Shown here: positions 24,303 to 33,982 of the stretch, piece after piece
How positions within the stretch are numbered: position 1 is the first letter of the stretch
Layout of the letters: every line of letters starts with the position of its first letter
DNA from: Candidatus Pacearchaeota archaeon
GTDB taxonomy: Archaea; Nanobdellota; Nanobdellia; Pacearchaeales; UBA284
Length of the DNA stretch: 37,400 nt
Assembly (NCBI GenBank): GCA_018304245.1
Contig: JAGVWO010000001.1
Span: forward strand, 1-37,400
Direction of reading: 5' to 3'
Position numbers and translations under genes: made by a program
Notes under the pieces: model-generated
Told to the model about the DNA's origin: nothing
Databases searched by the model: none
The model's input: only the letters and a program-made list of their open reading frames with translations

Positions 24303-24832
24303 AAATATACAAACCACGAGAAGATAGTTTTCTTTTGCTTAACGAAATATTAAAGCAAAAAAAGGTTGAAAACGCATTAGATATGGGAACTGGAAGCGGG
24401 ATTCTTGCATTAGAATTAGCAAAAATTTCTAAAAAGGTAATTGCGGTTGATATAAACAAAGAATCAATAAAAGAATTTAATAAAATAATTAAGAAAAATA
24501 AAATAAGCAATATTAAAACAATTAATTCAGATTTATTTTCAAAAGTTTTTGGAAAATTTGACCTAATGGTTTTCAATCCACCGTATATACCTACAAAAAA
24601 AGGGAAAATTGAATTTATAGACTTAGATGGTGGGAAAAATGGAACAGAAATTATTAAAAGATTTTTGAAGGGTGCAGAAGAACATTTAACAAAAGAAGGG
24701 AGAATATTATTATTAACAACATCTTTGAACAAAAATATAGGTGGGTTGTTCAAAAAATATGGTTATTATTATAAAAAATTAAGTGAAAAAAAGATTTTCT
24801 TTGAAAAATTGTTTGTGTGGGAATTAAAATAA
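24299..24832 (+). CDS. Class I SAM-dependent methyltransferase with an NPPY motif, Mtq2/HemK-like (release-factor glutamine N5-methyltransferase candidate)
   Basis: YKPREDSFLL, the SAM motif ALDMGTGSGILALE and the catalytic VFNPPYIP. There is a 4-nt overlap with ogt. Confidence 0.7.
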   Translation: MKIYKPREDSFLLLNEILKQKKVENALDMGTGSGILALELAKISKKVIAVDINKESIKEFNKIIKKNKISNIKTINSDLFSKVFGKFDLMVFNPPYIPTKKGKIEFIDLDGGKNGTEIIKRFLKGAEEHLTKEGRILLLTTSLNKNIGGLFKKYGYYYKKLSEKKIFFEKLFVWELK

Positions 24833-24945
24833 TCCTTTTTCGATAGTTGCCCTGAGAAGTAACTGGCAATTATGAATAATTAATTAAAAATCTATGCCTG
24901 ATATTCGCATTTTGTTTCAGGCGAATAAAGAAATCTAAGAAAAAA

Positions 24946-25359
24946 TTATTTTATAACAATTTTTTCGACATTGAAGAACATTTCGACAGCTTCTGTCAAT
25001 TCCTTTAATCTTATTTTGTCTTTTCCGATTAATCTTGCCTTGACCTTTGGATGAGCATATATAAATAATTCCTTTCCATTCAATTCTAATTTTTTAAATG
25101 TTAAAGGATAAATAAGATTAGTAATAAAACCCGACAAATCTGATTCACTTTGAGATTCCGGTATTGCAATTATTCTAATTTTTCCTATTTTATTTTGCAT
25201 AAAATTAAATCTATCTCCAGAAATCCTTTTTATGCCCGTTTGTGGAATTGCAAAGATTATTACAGAATTATAATCAAAACAACATCTAGCTTTAATTCCA
25301 GTAACTTTTTCAAAAAAATTGATATTTTGAATATCCTTGATATTTAGGGTGCCTTTCAT
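24946..25359 (-). CDS. nusA: Archaeal NusA-like KH-domain protein
   Basis: About 137 aa. Its position immediately downstream of rpoA-rpl30e is as in the canonical archaeal operon. NFFEKVTGIKARCCF... and GFITNLIYP segments are KH-like. Confidence 0.65.
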   Translation of the reverse strand: MKGTLNIKDIQNINFFEKVTGIKARCCFDYNSVIIFAIPQTGIKRISGDRFNFMQNKIGKIRIIAIPESQSESDLSGFITNLIYPLTFKKLELNGKELFIYAHPKVKARLIGKDKIRLKELTEAVEMFFNVEKIVIK

Positions 25360-25370
25360 CGTTGTAAGTA

Positions 25371-25835
25371 TTATTTCTTTTTCTCCTCTTTTTTGTTGAC
25401 TTTCTCTTTTTTCTCAGAGATTTTCTTTCTTTCTTCTATTTTATCTTCTTTTTCTTCTAATTCCTTCCTTGCTTTATTAAGCCTATCTTTTTTTGCCCTA
25501 ATTTCTTTTCTAGAGTCTTCTTTTTCTTCATTTTCAGAAGATTCTTGGCTTTTTGTGAATTCACTTCCTTTTTGTATCCCCAATACAGAAATATTAAATG
25601 GTTTTTTACAGACTTCTTTTAAATGTTCTTTGTCAAGATCTGTTGTTATCATAATAATCTCTTTTGCTCCTTTTTCTAGATCATTCTTAATAGAATCAAT
25701 AAGATCATTAGCTAAATAAATTTTGGAGATATTTCCTTTTTTAATTTCCTTAATAACTGTTTTTGTTCCGAAGAACAATCCACCTTTTTTTACTTCCTTG
25801 TTTAAAATTGTTATATCAAATTGGTTAGTTGTCAT
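25371..25835 (-). CDS. rpl30e: Ribosomal protein eL30 (L30e/L7Ae fold) with a roughly 60-aa Lys/Glu-rich C-terminal extension
   Basis: GLFFGTKTVIKEIKKGNISKIYLANDL is an L30e-type core. Its operon position between rpoA and nusA is canonical. The tail is SQESSENEEKEDSRKEIRAKKDRLNKARKELEEKEDKIEERKKISEKKEKVNKKEEKKK. Confidence 0.7.
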   Translation of the reverse strand: MTTNQFDITILNKEVKKGGLFFGTKTVIKEIKKGNISKIYLANDLIDSIKNDLEKGAKEIIMITTDLDKEHLKEVCKKPFNISVLGIQKGSEFTKSQESSENEEKEDSRKEIRAKKDRLNKARKELEEKEDKIEERKKISEKKEKVNKKEEKKK

Positions 25836-25837
25836 TT

Positions 25838-28800
25838 TTATTTTTTACCCTTGTTTATTGTTTTATTTCCTAGGTTTTCTATTTTCTTAGGAGCTAATGA
25901 GCTTAAATCCTTTTCGGAAAGTTCTACTAAAAGACCTGGAAGGCCTGTTCCAACAGGAACTGGTTGATTTAATATTAAATTTTCAACAACACTGACTAGG
26001 TGATCTGTTGAACCATTAATTGCAGCATTTACAAAATGTTTAATTGGTGTTTCGAAAGATGCTCTTGCCAAAATAGATGATTTATCCTCTATAATTCCTA
26101 TCCTAGTAACTCCTTTGATTTTTCCATTCACAGTCATAGCATCAGCAATAAGTTTTGTGTGTTTTTCACTGATATCAAGCCCCTGTTTTTCAAGAACTTT
26201 TTTAACTTCAACCATGATGGATTCTCTTGCAGCTTCTATACCAAATATTTTTACTATTTCATAAAGATTATTTGTTGTTGTTTTATCTTGGTTTACTTCT
26301 TTTAATTTTAAAACATCTTCTAAATTTGAACCAGCAGTTAAAACAACATATTCATTTTCTCTCTTTACAGGCAATACTTGTTTTATTCCCTTTATTCCAG
26401 AGATCATAATTCCTTTTATTTTTTCTTTTAATTTATATAACTTTTTGAAATCGTCTTCTTTTACTTTTGGAGAAATAGTAATGCTTTCATCATCTTTTCT
26501 CACACTAAGTTCCTTTTCAGCAAGTGCGTTTGCTATTTTTTCACTATTTAAGTGAAATTCTTTCATAGCATCTTTATTTAATTTAACATTAATTTTTCCA
26601 TTATTAAAATCAATAATTATTTCTTTTGCTACATCTATTAATTTAACTTCTTTTATTTTTGCGGCTAATCTTCTTGCACCGTCTTCATTGTTGTGTTCCT
26701 TATCAAGATAGACTTCCATAGATGGTGTTGAAGGGTTCTTTCTTGCATCAAAGATTTCTATCAATCTTGGAAGGCCTGCAGTAACCTGCATCTCAGAAAC
26801 TCCTGCGAAGTGGAAAACATTCAATGTCATCTGCGTAGCTGGTTCTCCAAAGCTTTGTGCAGTGATAACTCCAACAGCTTCTCCTGCAGAAATTTTTCCA
26901 TTTTCTAAATGTTCTTTAGAAACATCTATACCGTCTTCACCATATTCGAATTGAATTACTTGAGCATTTGAATCTCTTACTGTTCCATCATATTCTACCC
27001 TCATATCTTGCAATGCATTTGCTAATCTTCTGTATAAATAACCAGATTTAGGTGTTCTTAATGCTGTATCCATCAGGGAATCTCTTCCAGTAATTGCTGT
27101 AAAGAAAAATTCATCAGGATTTAATCCACTTAAGAAACTACTTTCTACAAATCCACCAGCTCTTGGAGATAAATCATTTTGTTTGTAAAAAGGCAATGTT
27201 CTATTATGATAACCAATATTAATTCTTTTACCCCAAAGGGATTGCTGACCAACTAAGCATGACATCTGGGTTAATTGCAATAAATTACCCCTTGCTCCAC
27301 AAATAGTCATTAAATATGCTGGATTGTCTTTGTTAAGTCCTTTCTTTGCAACTCCACCAATTTTTGTTCTGACTTCGTTTAAAACTTGTAAGATCTTAAT
27401 TTCCCTACTTTCTTCTTCAGTTTTTCCAGGAATAACTTCTAATGATTTGTTATAATATGAATCAATAATTGCATCAACTTTCTTTTCAGAATCTTTTACA
27501 ATTTTTCCAGTTTCATCTTTTACTTCTTTTGTTGTTTTGATGTCTTGTAAAGATAAGGTCAAACCATATTTTGTTAAATATAATATTCCAAGTAAAAAAA
27601 CTTGTCTTAAAAAATTCATGGTTTCGATTCTCCCAACCTGTTTATCTAGTTCCCTAATTAATGCATTTGTTTCAACACCAATGATTTTCTCGTCCATTAT
27701 TCCCGAAATAACTTTTCCATTTTCAATTGAGATGTAAGCACTATTTGGGCAATTTTCTTTTTTACATTTATCATAATAAGGACATTCTTTTCCCTTACAA
27801 CTTTTTGTTTTTGCTTCAAAATTAACCTTAGGCATAATCATTGAAAGAACTTCTCTTCCAGATGGGTTTTCTTTCATTGAAGCAAGTTTATCATCTTTTG
27901 CTCCTGCTAAAATTAAAAGTTGTGTTGCAACTGCTTTTGGAATTTTTTCTTGAGATGTGAGTAAATATAATCCTGTAACAGAATCTTCAACACAACCAAA
28001 TACATTAGCATTAATTTTTGGCGAGATTAAATTTTTTGAAACATCTAATAAAATTTTTGATTCTACTCTAGCTTCTTCAGTTTGTGGGGCGTGAATATTC
28101 ATTTCATCCCCATCAAAATCTGCATTATATGGGAATGCAACTGCTGGGTGAATTCTAAATGTTCTTCCAGGAAGTACTCTTACAGAATGTGCCATTAAGG
28201 ACATTCTATGCAAACTTGGATGTCTGTTAAATAAAACAACATCCTTATCTCGAATATGCCTTTCTACAGTATAGCCCTCTGTAACTTCTTCCATTAATTG
28301 ATCTCTTGTTTCTTCTGTGAGTCTTTTTTTCTTCTCATCTGGTCTAGCAATTCCGGTTGCGCTTGGATAATCTTCTTTTTTTAATAAGGCCTTTAAAGAT
28401 TCTTTATTTTCTGTTGTGACTCTTTCTGGAATAGTTAAAACTCTTGCAACCTCATAAGGAACTCCAACTTCATTTAAACTTAAGAATGGATCTGGACTTA
28501 TTACAGTTCTACTTGAATAATTTACCCTCTTTCCAGCCAAGTTATGTCTAATTCTTCCTTCTTTACCTTTGATTCTTTCAGTAATTGTTTTTAAGGGTTG
28601 CCCACTTCTATGTCTTGCTGGCGGTATATTTGAAATATTATTATCAAAGAATGTTGTAACGTGATATTGTAATAGGTCCCAAAGATCTTCAATAATTACT
28701 TCTGGTGCACCTGCATTAAGGTTTTCCCATAATCTTTGATTACTTCTTACTATATCTGATAATTTGTGTGTTAAATCGTCTTCAGATCTTTCTCCTGTTT

Positions 28801-29407
28801 CTAGGGTGATACTTGGTCTTACAGTTACTGGAGGAACCATTAATAAGGTTAAAACAGCCCACTCTGGTCTGCATGCCCTTGCATTGATTCCTAAGATCTT
28901 AAGATCTTCATCTGAAATTCTAGACAATAATTCTCTTATTTCTGTTGGGAATAATCTTTTTTTGCCGATGTAAAAACTAGAGGGTTTTTCAAGTTTAATT
29001 TTTTCTTGTTCTGCTTTGCAATGTGGACATTTTTTTGCAGTTTTTGCTTTTGCAATTTTTTTATTTTTAACATCTTCTTCAGTAAGTAAAATTCTTCCAC
29101 ATTTTTTACATGTTGCTTTTAAGCATAATTCAATCATTGGTAAGAATTTAATATGTAAAACAGGTCTTGCGATTTCTATAAATCCAAAATGACCAAGACA
29201 AGATTTTAAATCATTTCCACATGTTCTGCATCGTACACCTGGGTTTATAACTCCAAGTCTTAAATCCATTAAACCACCATCAACAGGATATCCATCCATA
29301 TCATACAATTCCGGAGTAACTATCTTTGCGACAGAATATTTTTTAATTTGTTCTGGAGAGAATAAACTAAATTGAATTTCCTTGACTTGTTTTATTAATG
29401 GTATCAT
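25838..29407 (-). CDS. rpoA: DNA-directed RNA polymerase subunit A, with A' and A'' portions fused in one 1189-aa ORF
   Basis: A' landmarks are the zinc region CRTCGNDLKSCLGHFGFIEIARPVLH and the catalytic NADFDGDEMNIH. The A'' landmarks GEAVGVITAQSFGEPATQMTLNVFHFAGV (trigger loop) and FETPIKHFVNAAI lie in the same frame. No stop intervenes. Confidence 0.95.
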   Translation of the reverse strand: MIPLIKQVKEIQFSLFSPEQIKKYSVAKIVTPELYDMDGYPVDGGLMDLRLGVINPGVRCRTCGNDLKSCLGHFGFIEIARPVLHIKFLPMIELCLKATCKKCGRILLTEEDVKNKKIAKAKTAKKCPHCKAEQEKIKLEKPSSFYIGKKRLFPTEIRELLSRISDEDLKILGINARACRPEWAVLTLLMVPPVTVRPSITLETGERSEDDLTHKLSDIVRSNQRLWENLNAGAPEVIIEDLWDLLQYHVTTFFDNNISNIPPARHRSGQPLKTITERIKGKEGRIRHNLAGKRVNYSSRTVISPDPFLSLNEVGVPYEVARVLTIPERVTTENKESLKALLKKEDYPSATGIARPDEKKKRLTEETRDQLMEEVTEGYTVERHIRDKDVVLFNRHPSLHRMSLMAHSVRVLPGRTFRIHPAVAFPYNADFDGDEMNIHAPQTEEARVESKILLDVSKNLISPKINANVFGCVEDSVTGLYLLTSQEKIPKAVATQLLILAGAKDDKLASMKENPSGREVLSMIMPKVNFEAKTKSCKGKECPYYDKCKKENCPNSAYISIENGKVISGIMDEKIIGVETNALIRELDKQVGRIETMNFLRQVFLLGILYLTKYGLTLSLQDIKTTKEVKDETGKIVKDSEKKVDAIIDSYYNKSLEVIPGKTEEESREIKILQVLNEVRTKIGGVAKKGLNKDNPAYLMTICGARGNLLQLTQMSCLVGQQSLWGKRINIGYHNRTLPFYKQNDLSPRAGGFVESSFLSGLNPDEFFFTAITGRDSLMDTALRTPKSGYLYRRLANALQDMRVEYDGTVRDSNAQVIQFEYGEDGIDVSKEHLENGKISAGEAVGVITAQSFGEPATQMTLNVFHFAGVSEMQVTAGLPRLIEIFDARKNPSTPSMEVYLDKEHNNEDGARRLAAKIKEVKLIDVAKEIIIDFNNGKINVKLNKDAMKEFHLNSEKIANALAEKELSVRKDDESITISPKVKEDDFKKLYKLKEKIKGIMISGIKGIKQVLPVKRENEYVVLTAGSNLEDVLKLKEVNQDKTTTNNLYEIVKIFGIEAARESIMVEVKKVLEKQGLDISEKHTKLIADAMTVNGKIKGVTRIGIIEDKSSILARASFETPIKHFVNAAINGSTDHLVSVVENLILNQPVPVGTGLPGLLVELSEKDLSSLAPKKIENLGNKTINKGKK

Positions 29408-29426
29408 TTTTTATTTTAATTATTAT

Positions 29427-31226
29427 TTAATAGTCATATTTATTCTTCAACACAAGGTGTGGGAATAAATGCATAGACAATAGTTCTTCAACTAATAATT
29501 TTGAAGCATAAGATATTTCAACTGGTTCAAGTTTTTGGTTTCCACATAATGGGCAAACTTCTTTGTTTTTTGTTCTGTCTCTAATTCCCATGCTTCCGCA
29601 AGTTGGGCATACAAAAACAACGACGTTATCTGAACTGAATCTTTCTTTTAATAATAATGACGCACCATGAGCAACCAATGCATCTTTTTCCATCTCTCCA
29701 AGTCTCAATGCACCACCTTTTGCTCTTCCTTCAACTGGTTGTCTTGTTAATAAGGTAATTTTTCCAGATGCTCTTACCTGAATTTTATTTGCGACCATAT
29801 ATTTTAATCTCAAGTAATACATGTTTCCGATAAATATCTTTGCTTCTAATGGTTTTCCAGTTATTGGATCATACATTGTTTCTTTTCCATCTGCTCTAAA
29901 TCCTAATTCTTGTAATGTTTTTTCAAGATCTGTTGTATCATTTAATGAAAATGCAGTTCCATCAATAATTTTTCCAGATACACAACCAACTTTTCCAGAT
30001 AACAATTCCATTAGGTAACTTACAGTCATTCTGCTTGGTAAACCATGTGGATTAAATATTAAGTCTGGTTTTATTCCCCTGCTTGAAAATGGAATATCTT
30101 CTTCTTTTGCAATAAAACCTAAAATTCCCTTCTGTCCATGTGGTGTTGCAAATTTGTCTCCGATTTCTGGAATTCTTGTATCTCTTAATCTTGTTTGGAT
30201 AATCTTTCTTCCTTCTTCATCTGTTGTTATAAAAACTGCATCTACAACGCCCTTTTCTCCTTGTTTGATTACAGTAGAATTTTCTTTCTTTGATTTTGCC
30301 AAGGAAATCTCTTCCATTTCCAATAAGAATTTTGGAGGAGATATCTTTCCAATAACAACATCTTCTTCAGACATATCTGCTTCTGGGAAAACAATCCCGT
30401 CATCTTCAAGTAGTCTATATTTCTTTTCTGTTCTATATCCTGTAACATCTTTATTTGGGATGCAAATTTCATCGGACAAATTTCCAGTGTAGAATAATTC
30501 TGTTGAACCATAAGGTCTGAAATATGTTGATCTTGCTAATCCTCTGTCTAAACTTCCTTTGTTAAGTACCAAAGCATCACTCATATTATACCCATCATAT
30601 GGCATAATTGCAACTATGACGTTTTGCCCTGCAGGATAGAAATTTCCATAATCATATACGAAACTTCTTACAATTGGTTTTTGTGGATAATGAAGTATAC
30701 TAACGTCGGTGTCTATTAAATCTAGATAATTTGCGGCATATAATCCAAGAGATTGTTTTTGTGTTTTACTACCTCTTGCAAGTCTGGATGACTGGTCATG
30801 GTTTGCAAATGGAACTAATGATGTAACTAATCCAAACATTGCAATTGGATCTATTTCAGAATGAGTATGTTCTTTTGTTAATTCTTTTTCATACATGGCA
30901 ATAAATAAATTGTCTTCTTCAGAAGCATCAACATATTCAATAATTCCTTGATCAATAAGATCATTCCAAGACATACTGCCAGAATTTACTTTGTCGATGA
31001 TTTCTTGTGTTAATAACGATTTTCCATCTTTTACAATAACAAGAGGTCTAAGAACCCTTCCAATATCTGTTGTAAGCAAGATTGTATTTGTTAAATGATC
31101 AAATCTTGCACCCAATTCTCTAGGGGTTTCACCATCTCGTCTCTTTTCTTTTAAATTTTCAAGAAACTTTGCTGAATCCTCAGTTTCTCCGACGAAATGT
31201 CCGTTGTAAAATATGTCTGTAGCCAT
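29427..31226 (-). CDS. rpoB1: DNA-directed RNA polymerase subunit B' (C-terminal part of split RpoB)
   Basis: GDKFATPHGQKGI, GGALRLGEMEKDAL and the C-terminal zinc ribbon CPTCGS...CPLCG. Confidence 0.95.
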   Translation of the reverse strand: MATDIFYNGHFVGETEDSAKFLENLKEKRRDGETPRELGARFDHLTNTILLTTDIGRVLRPLVIVKDGKSLLTQEIIDKVNSGSMSWNDLIDQGIIEYVDASEEDNLFIAMYEKELTKEHTHSEIDPIAMFGLVTSLVPFANHDQSSRLARGSKTQKQSLGLYAANYLDLIDTDVSILHYPQKPIVRSFVYDYGNFYPAGQNVIVAIMPYDGYNMSDALVLNKGSLDRGLARSTYFRPYGSTELFYTGNLSDEICIPNKDVTGYRTEKKYRLLEDDGIVFPEADMSEEDVVIGKISPPKFLLEMEEISLAKSKKENSTVIKQGEKGVVDAVFITTDEEGRKIIQTRLRDTRIPEIGDKFATPHGQKGILGFIAKEEDIPFSSRGIKPDLIFNPHGLPSRMTVSYLMELLSGKVGCVSGKIIDGTAFSLNDTTDLEKTLQELGFRADGKETMYDPITGKPLEAKIFIGNMYYLRLKYMVANKIQVRASGKITLLTRQPVEGRAKGGALRLGEMEKDALVAHGASLLLKERFSSDNVVVFVCPTCGSMGIRDRTKNKEVCPLCGNQKLEPVEISYASKLLVEELLSMHLFPHLVLKNKYDY

Positions 31227-31263
31227 TTTATTTTAATTATTAGTTTGTGTTTTCGTGATTTAA

Positions 31264-32739
31264 TTAACTGATTTTAACTCTTTTTAATCCAAATTTTTCA
31301 AGTCCATTTATTATTTCATCATCTGATTGTTTAGCTATTGTACTAACCCTTGCTAATAACGCTAGATTTTTTCTTAAACCAATAGGCGTACCTTCAGGAG
31401 TTTCAGTTGGACAAAATCTCCCGTAATGGGTTGGATGCAATGTTCTTGCTTTGAAATTTTCTTGTTCTGTTGGAAGTAAACTTGTAACTCTTTGTAATTG
31501 AGACAAAACAGATAAACAATTTGTTTTATCCATATTTTGAGTTACACCGGTTTTTTCTCCAATCCATGAACCTGTTGCAAATGCACTCTCAATCCTATGT
31601 GAAAATAATGTTGATTTTGCAATACTTTTTATTGAATAGAATTTTTTCTTTTTGGCAATTTTTTGTAAATTGTGTTGCAGGTCTCTTATAAGAATAGTTA
31701 AATTAACCCTGAATAAATCTGCTAATAAATCTCCAGATAATCTGACTCTTTTGTTGGCATAATGATCTTTGTCACTTCTTAATTTAAGTTCTTTAGCAAC
31801 TAAAAATTGTTTAACCAATTTAATAAGAGTAACTGCTTTTTCTTTTCTGAAATCTGCTTTTGTTCCAATATGTGGCAAGAAAGCAGAATCAATTCTTGCT
31901 CTTACTCTGTCCAGAATTTCTTTATCTGTACCCTGAATAGACATCTTTTCAGCAATTGCCTTCAAAGCATCTTCCTGGCTTTGTATTTTTACATGTTCGT
32001 ATAAGTTAACAATAACAGTATCTGATTCTTTTCCAATTAATGAAGCTATTTCAGAATCTTTGATTAAACCAAGAGCTTTTGCAACTAAAATTGCAGGCAG
32101 GTTTTTGAATCTTGAAAATGAAACAAGCAATAATCCGTCGTTGGATTCATTGATAGATACTGGGATTCTATAACTTCCTCTTTGTGAAAATAATCTTAAT
32201 GTTAATCCCTTTATTGTTTCTTCGATAAATGCTTGATTTTGAGCGAGATCTTCAATCATTGTTAAAACCCTTTCATTACCATTAACAATGAAATATCCGC
32301 CAGGATCTGCAGGATCTTCATAATTGTTCATGATTTCTCCCTTAGATAATCCGTTTAAATTACAATATTTACTCTTAATCATTATTGGAATTTTTCCGAT
32401 TTCAACTTCAGAATATTCTTTTTTCCCAACACTTATTTCAAGATACACTGGGGCTGAATATGTTATTTTTCTTAATCTTGATTCAATAGGGAAAATGTTT
32501 TTTATACTTCCATCTGATTCTACAATTTGGGGTTTTCCCACCCTAATTTTTCCTAACCAAAGATCTATTTCTTCTCTTGGAATGTCTTCATTAAGCATAT
32601 TCACAATTTGTTGTAATCTTCTTTCTACAAAATCATTGAAGGAGATAATATTTGATTCGACCAATGAATGTTCCTTTAAGTATAATCTAATAAGAGAATG
32701 TTGACTGCTAGTTGTTTGTATCTTATTTTCGTATGACAT
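31264..32739 (-). CDS. rpoB2: DNA-directed RNA polymerase subunit B'' (N-terminal part of split RpoB)
   Basis: FIVNGNERVL, DHYANKRVRLSGDLL and RTLHPTHYGRFCPTETPEG. The start is taken at MSYENK (ATG 32739), directly after the rpoH stop, rather than the overlapping track start at 32796. Confidence 0.92.
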   Translation of the reverse strand: MSYENKIQTTSSQHSLIRLYLKEHSLVESNIISFNDFVERRLQQIVNMLNEDIPREEIDLWLGKIRVGKPQIVESDGSIKNIFPIESRLRKITYSAPVYLEISVGKKEYSEVEIGKIPIMIKSKYCNLNGLSKGEIMNNYEDPADPGGYFIVNGNERVLTMIEDLAQNQAFIEETIKGLTLRLFSQRGSYRIPVSINESNDGLLLVSFSRFKNLPAILVAKALGLIKDSEIASLIGKESDTVIVNLYEHVKIQSQEDALKAIAEKMSIQGTDKEILDRVRARIDSAFLPHIGTKADFRKEKAVTLIKLVKQFLVAKELKLRSDKDHYANKRVRLSGDLLADLFRVNLTILIRDLQHNLQKIAKKKKFYSIKSIAKSTLFSHRIESAFATGSWIGEKTGVTQNMDKTNCLSVLSQLQRVTSLLPTEQENFKARTLHPTHYGRFCPTETPEGTPIGLRKNLALLARVSTIAKQSDDEIINGLEKFGLKRVKIS

Positions 32740-32740
32740 T

Positions 32741-32950
32741 TTATTCAACCACGACCCTGTAGTAGGCAATTTTTTTACCGTCAGATTTTCTTTCAATTTT
32801 TATAAAATCTCCAACAACACACCCTTCTGGAAGTGCAGGGTCTTCTGCCTTAATTTTAGGCAATTGTAACGAAGTTATGTTAAGTTTAGAAAGTAATTCT
32901 TTAGCTTCGCTGTCTTTTAGTTTTGTGTGTTTTGGTTGTAGAATATGCAT
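32741..32950 (-). CDS. rpoH: DNA-directed RNA polymerase subunit H (Rpb5 C-terminal domain homologue)
   Basis: HILQPKHTKLKDSEAKELLSKLNI...LPKIKAEDPA...GDFIKIER...YYRVVV is the typical RpoH pattern. It is the first gene of the operon. Confidence 0.85.
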   Translation of the reverse strand: MHILQPKHTKLKDSEAKELLSKLNITSLQLPKIKAEDPALPEGCVVGDFIKIERKSDGKKIAYYRVVVE

Positions 32951-33094
32951 TTTATCGTCTATAAATTAAATTATTAAGGTGGGATATTTATGGCTAACAG
33001 GTATATTTTATTGAGAAAAAATACCTTTTTAAATGTTTCGGTAAAATAGGGAAAAAGAGACAATCTTTAAATAAATTGGGGAATATTTAAATTG

Positions 33095-33508
33095 ATGAAA
33101 AAGGACAAGAAAGAAGGTAAAAATCAAAATTCTACTGTTCCAAAAGCAATATTTTGGACGCCAAGGATATTAGCAATGTGTTTTATTCTCTTTGTTAGTT
33201 TATTTGCTTTAGATATTTTTGAAATGAATCTTGGGTTTTGGGGAACAATTGTTGGTTTATTCATGCATCTTATTCCTTCATTTGCCTTAATAATTATTTT
33301 AATAATTTCATGGAAATATGAAATCGTTGGAACAATTGCATTTATTCTCGCAGGAATATTTTATATTATCATGGTCTTTATGAATTCATTTGAATGGTAT
33401 ATGCTTTCTTGGATTTTAACGATAGCTGTTCCATTGATTTTAACAGGAATTTTATTCTGGGTTAATTGGCACTTAAAAAGAAAGAATAAAAAAAGTAAGA
33501 GAAAATAA
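33095..33508 (+). CDS. Hypothetical 4-TM membrane protein
   Basis: It has four hydrophobic helices and a basic C-terminal tail (KRKNKKSKRK). I prefer the ATG at 33095 to the TTG at 33092. Confidence 0.45.
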   Translation: MKKDKKEGKNQNSTVPKAIFWTPRILAMCFILFVSLFALDIFEMNLGFWGTIVGLFMHLIPSFALIIILIISWKYEIVGTIAFILAGIFYIIMVFMNSFEWYMLSWILTIAVPLILTGILFWVNWHLKRKNKKSKRK

Positions 33509-33550
33509 GGTTTTAAAAACCTTTAAATAAACCTAAAATTTTCAAACCCT

Positions 33551-33904
33551 ATGGAGTCTTGGAATGGTCTTTCAACACATATAAATTTAAGGAATTGTGA
33601 TCCTAACTTAATCAGAAATCCAAAAGAAATAACCTCATTTATAACAAAATTATGTTCAATTATTAAAATGAAAAAATATGGGAAAACACAAATAAAAAGA
33701 TTTGGCAAGGGTGATTTAGAGGGATATTCCGCATTCCAGTTTATAGAAACATCTAATATTTCGATACATTTTGAGGAAGCAAAGAATAATGCCTTTATCG
33801 ATATTTTTAGCTGTAAAAAATATGATTTTAAAAAAGCAGCAAAATTTTCTAAAGATTTTTTCAAAGCAAAAAAAGTTTCATTTAAAATTTTACATAGGGT
33901 CTAA
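33551..33904 (+). CDS. speH: S-adenosylmethionine decarboxylase proenzyme-like (small pyruvoyl type)
   Basis: GLSTHINLRNCDP, then YSAFQFIETSNISIHFEEAKNNAFIDIFSCKKYD. This parallels the family pattern (ESH-ISIHTWPE...DVFTCG) including the Glu-Ser processing site region. The antisense ORF 33523-33864 is rejected. Confidence 0.55.
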   Translation: MESWNGLSTHINLRNCDPNLIRNPKEITSFITKLCSIIKMKKYGKTQIKRFGKGDLEGYSAFQFIETSNISIHFEEAKNNAFIDIFSCKKYDFKKAAKFSKDFFKAKKVSFKILHRV

Positions 33905-33982
33905 ATTGAATTAAAAAGAATTCAAAAGAATTTAAAAAATTCAAAGAGAAACCTTTATAATTTATATTAAATATTCTCTTTT

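Noticed and set aside
24295-24753. A 152-aa minus-strand ORF opposite the Mtq2-like methyltransferase
   Set aside because: The plus strand has the SAM-binding GTGSG and NPPY motifs. The minus ORF is a hydrophobic-looking artefact of the antisense frame.
10450-29407. Inteins in RtcB or the RNA polymerase subunits, which are common insertion hosts in archaea
   Set aside because: The lengths are normal or short (RtcB 478 aa, B' 599 aa, fused A 1189 aa). The conserved motifs are contiguous and I saw no Cys/Ser...HN intein block signatures.
33523-33864. A 113-aa minus-strand ORF overlapping the AdoMetDC-like gene, plus 33967-34233 (-) overlapping dys
   Set aside because: The plus-strand frames carry recognisable enzyme motifs. 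The minus frames are F/I/L-rich with no features.
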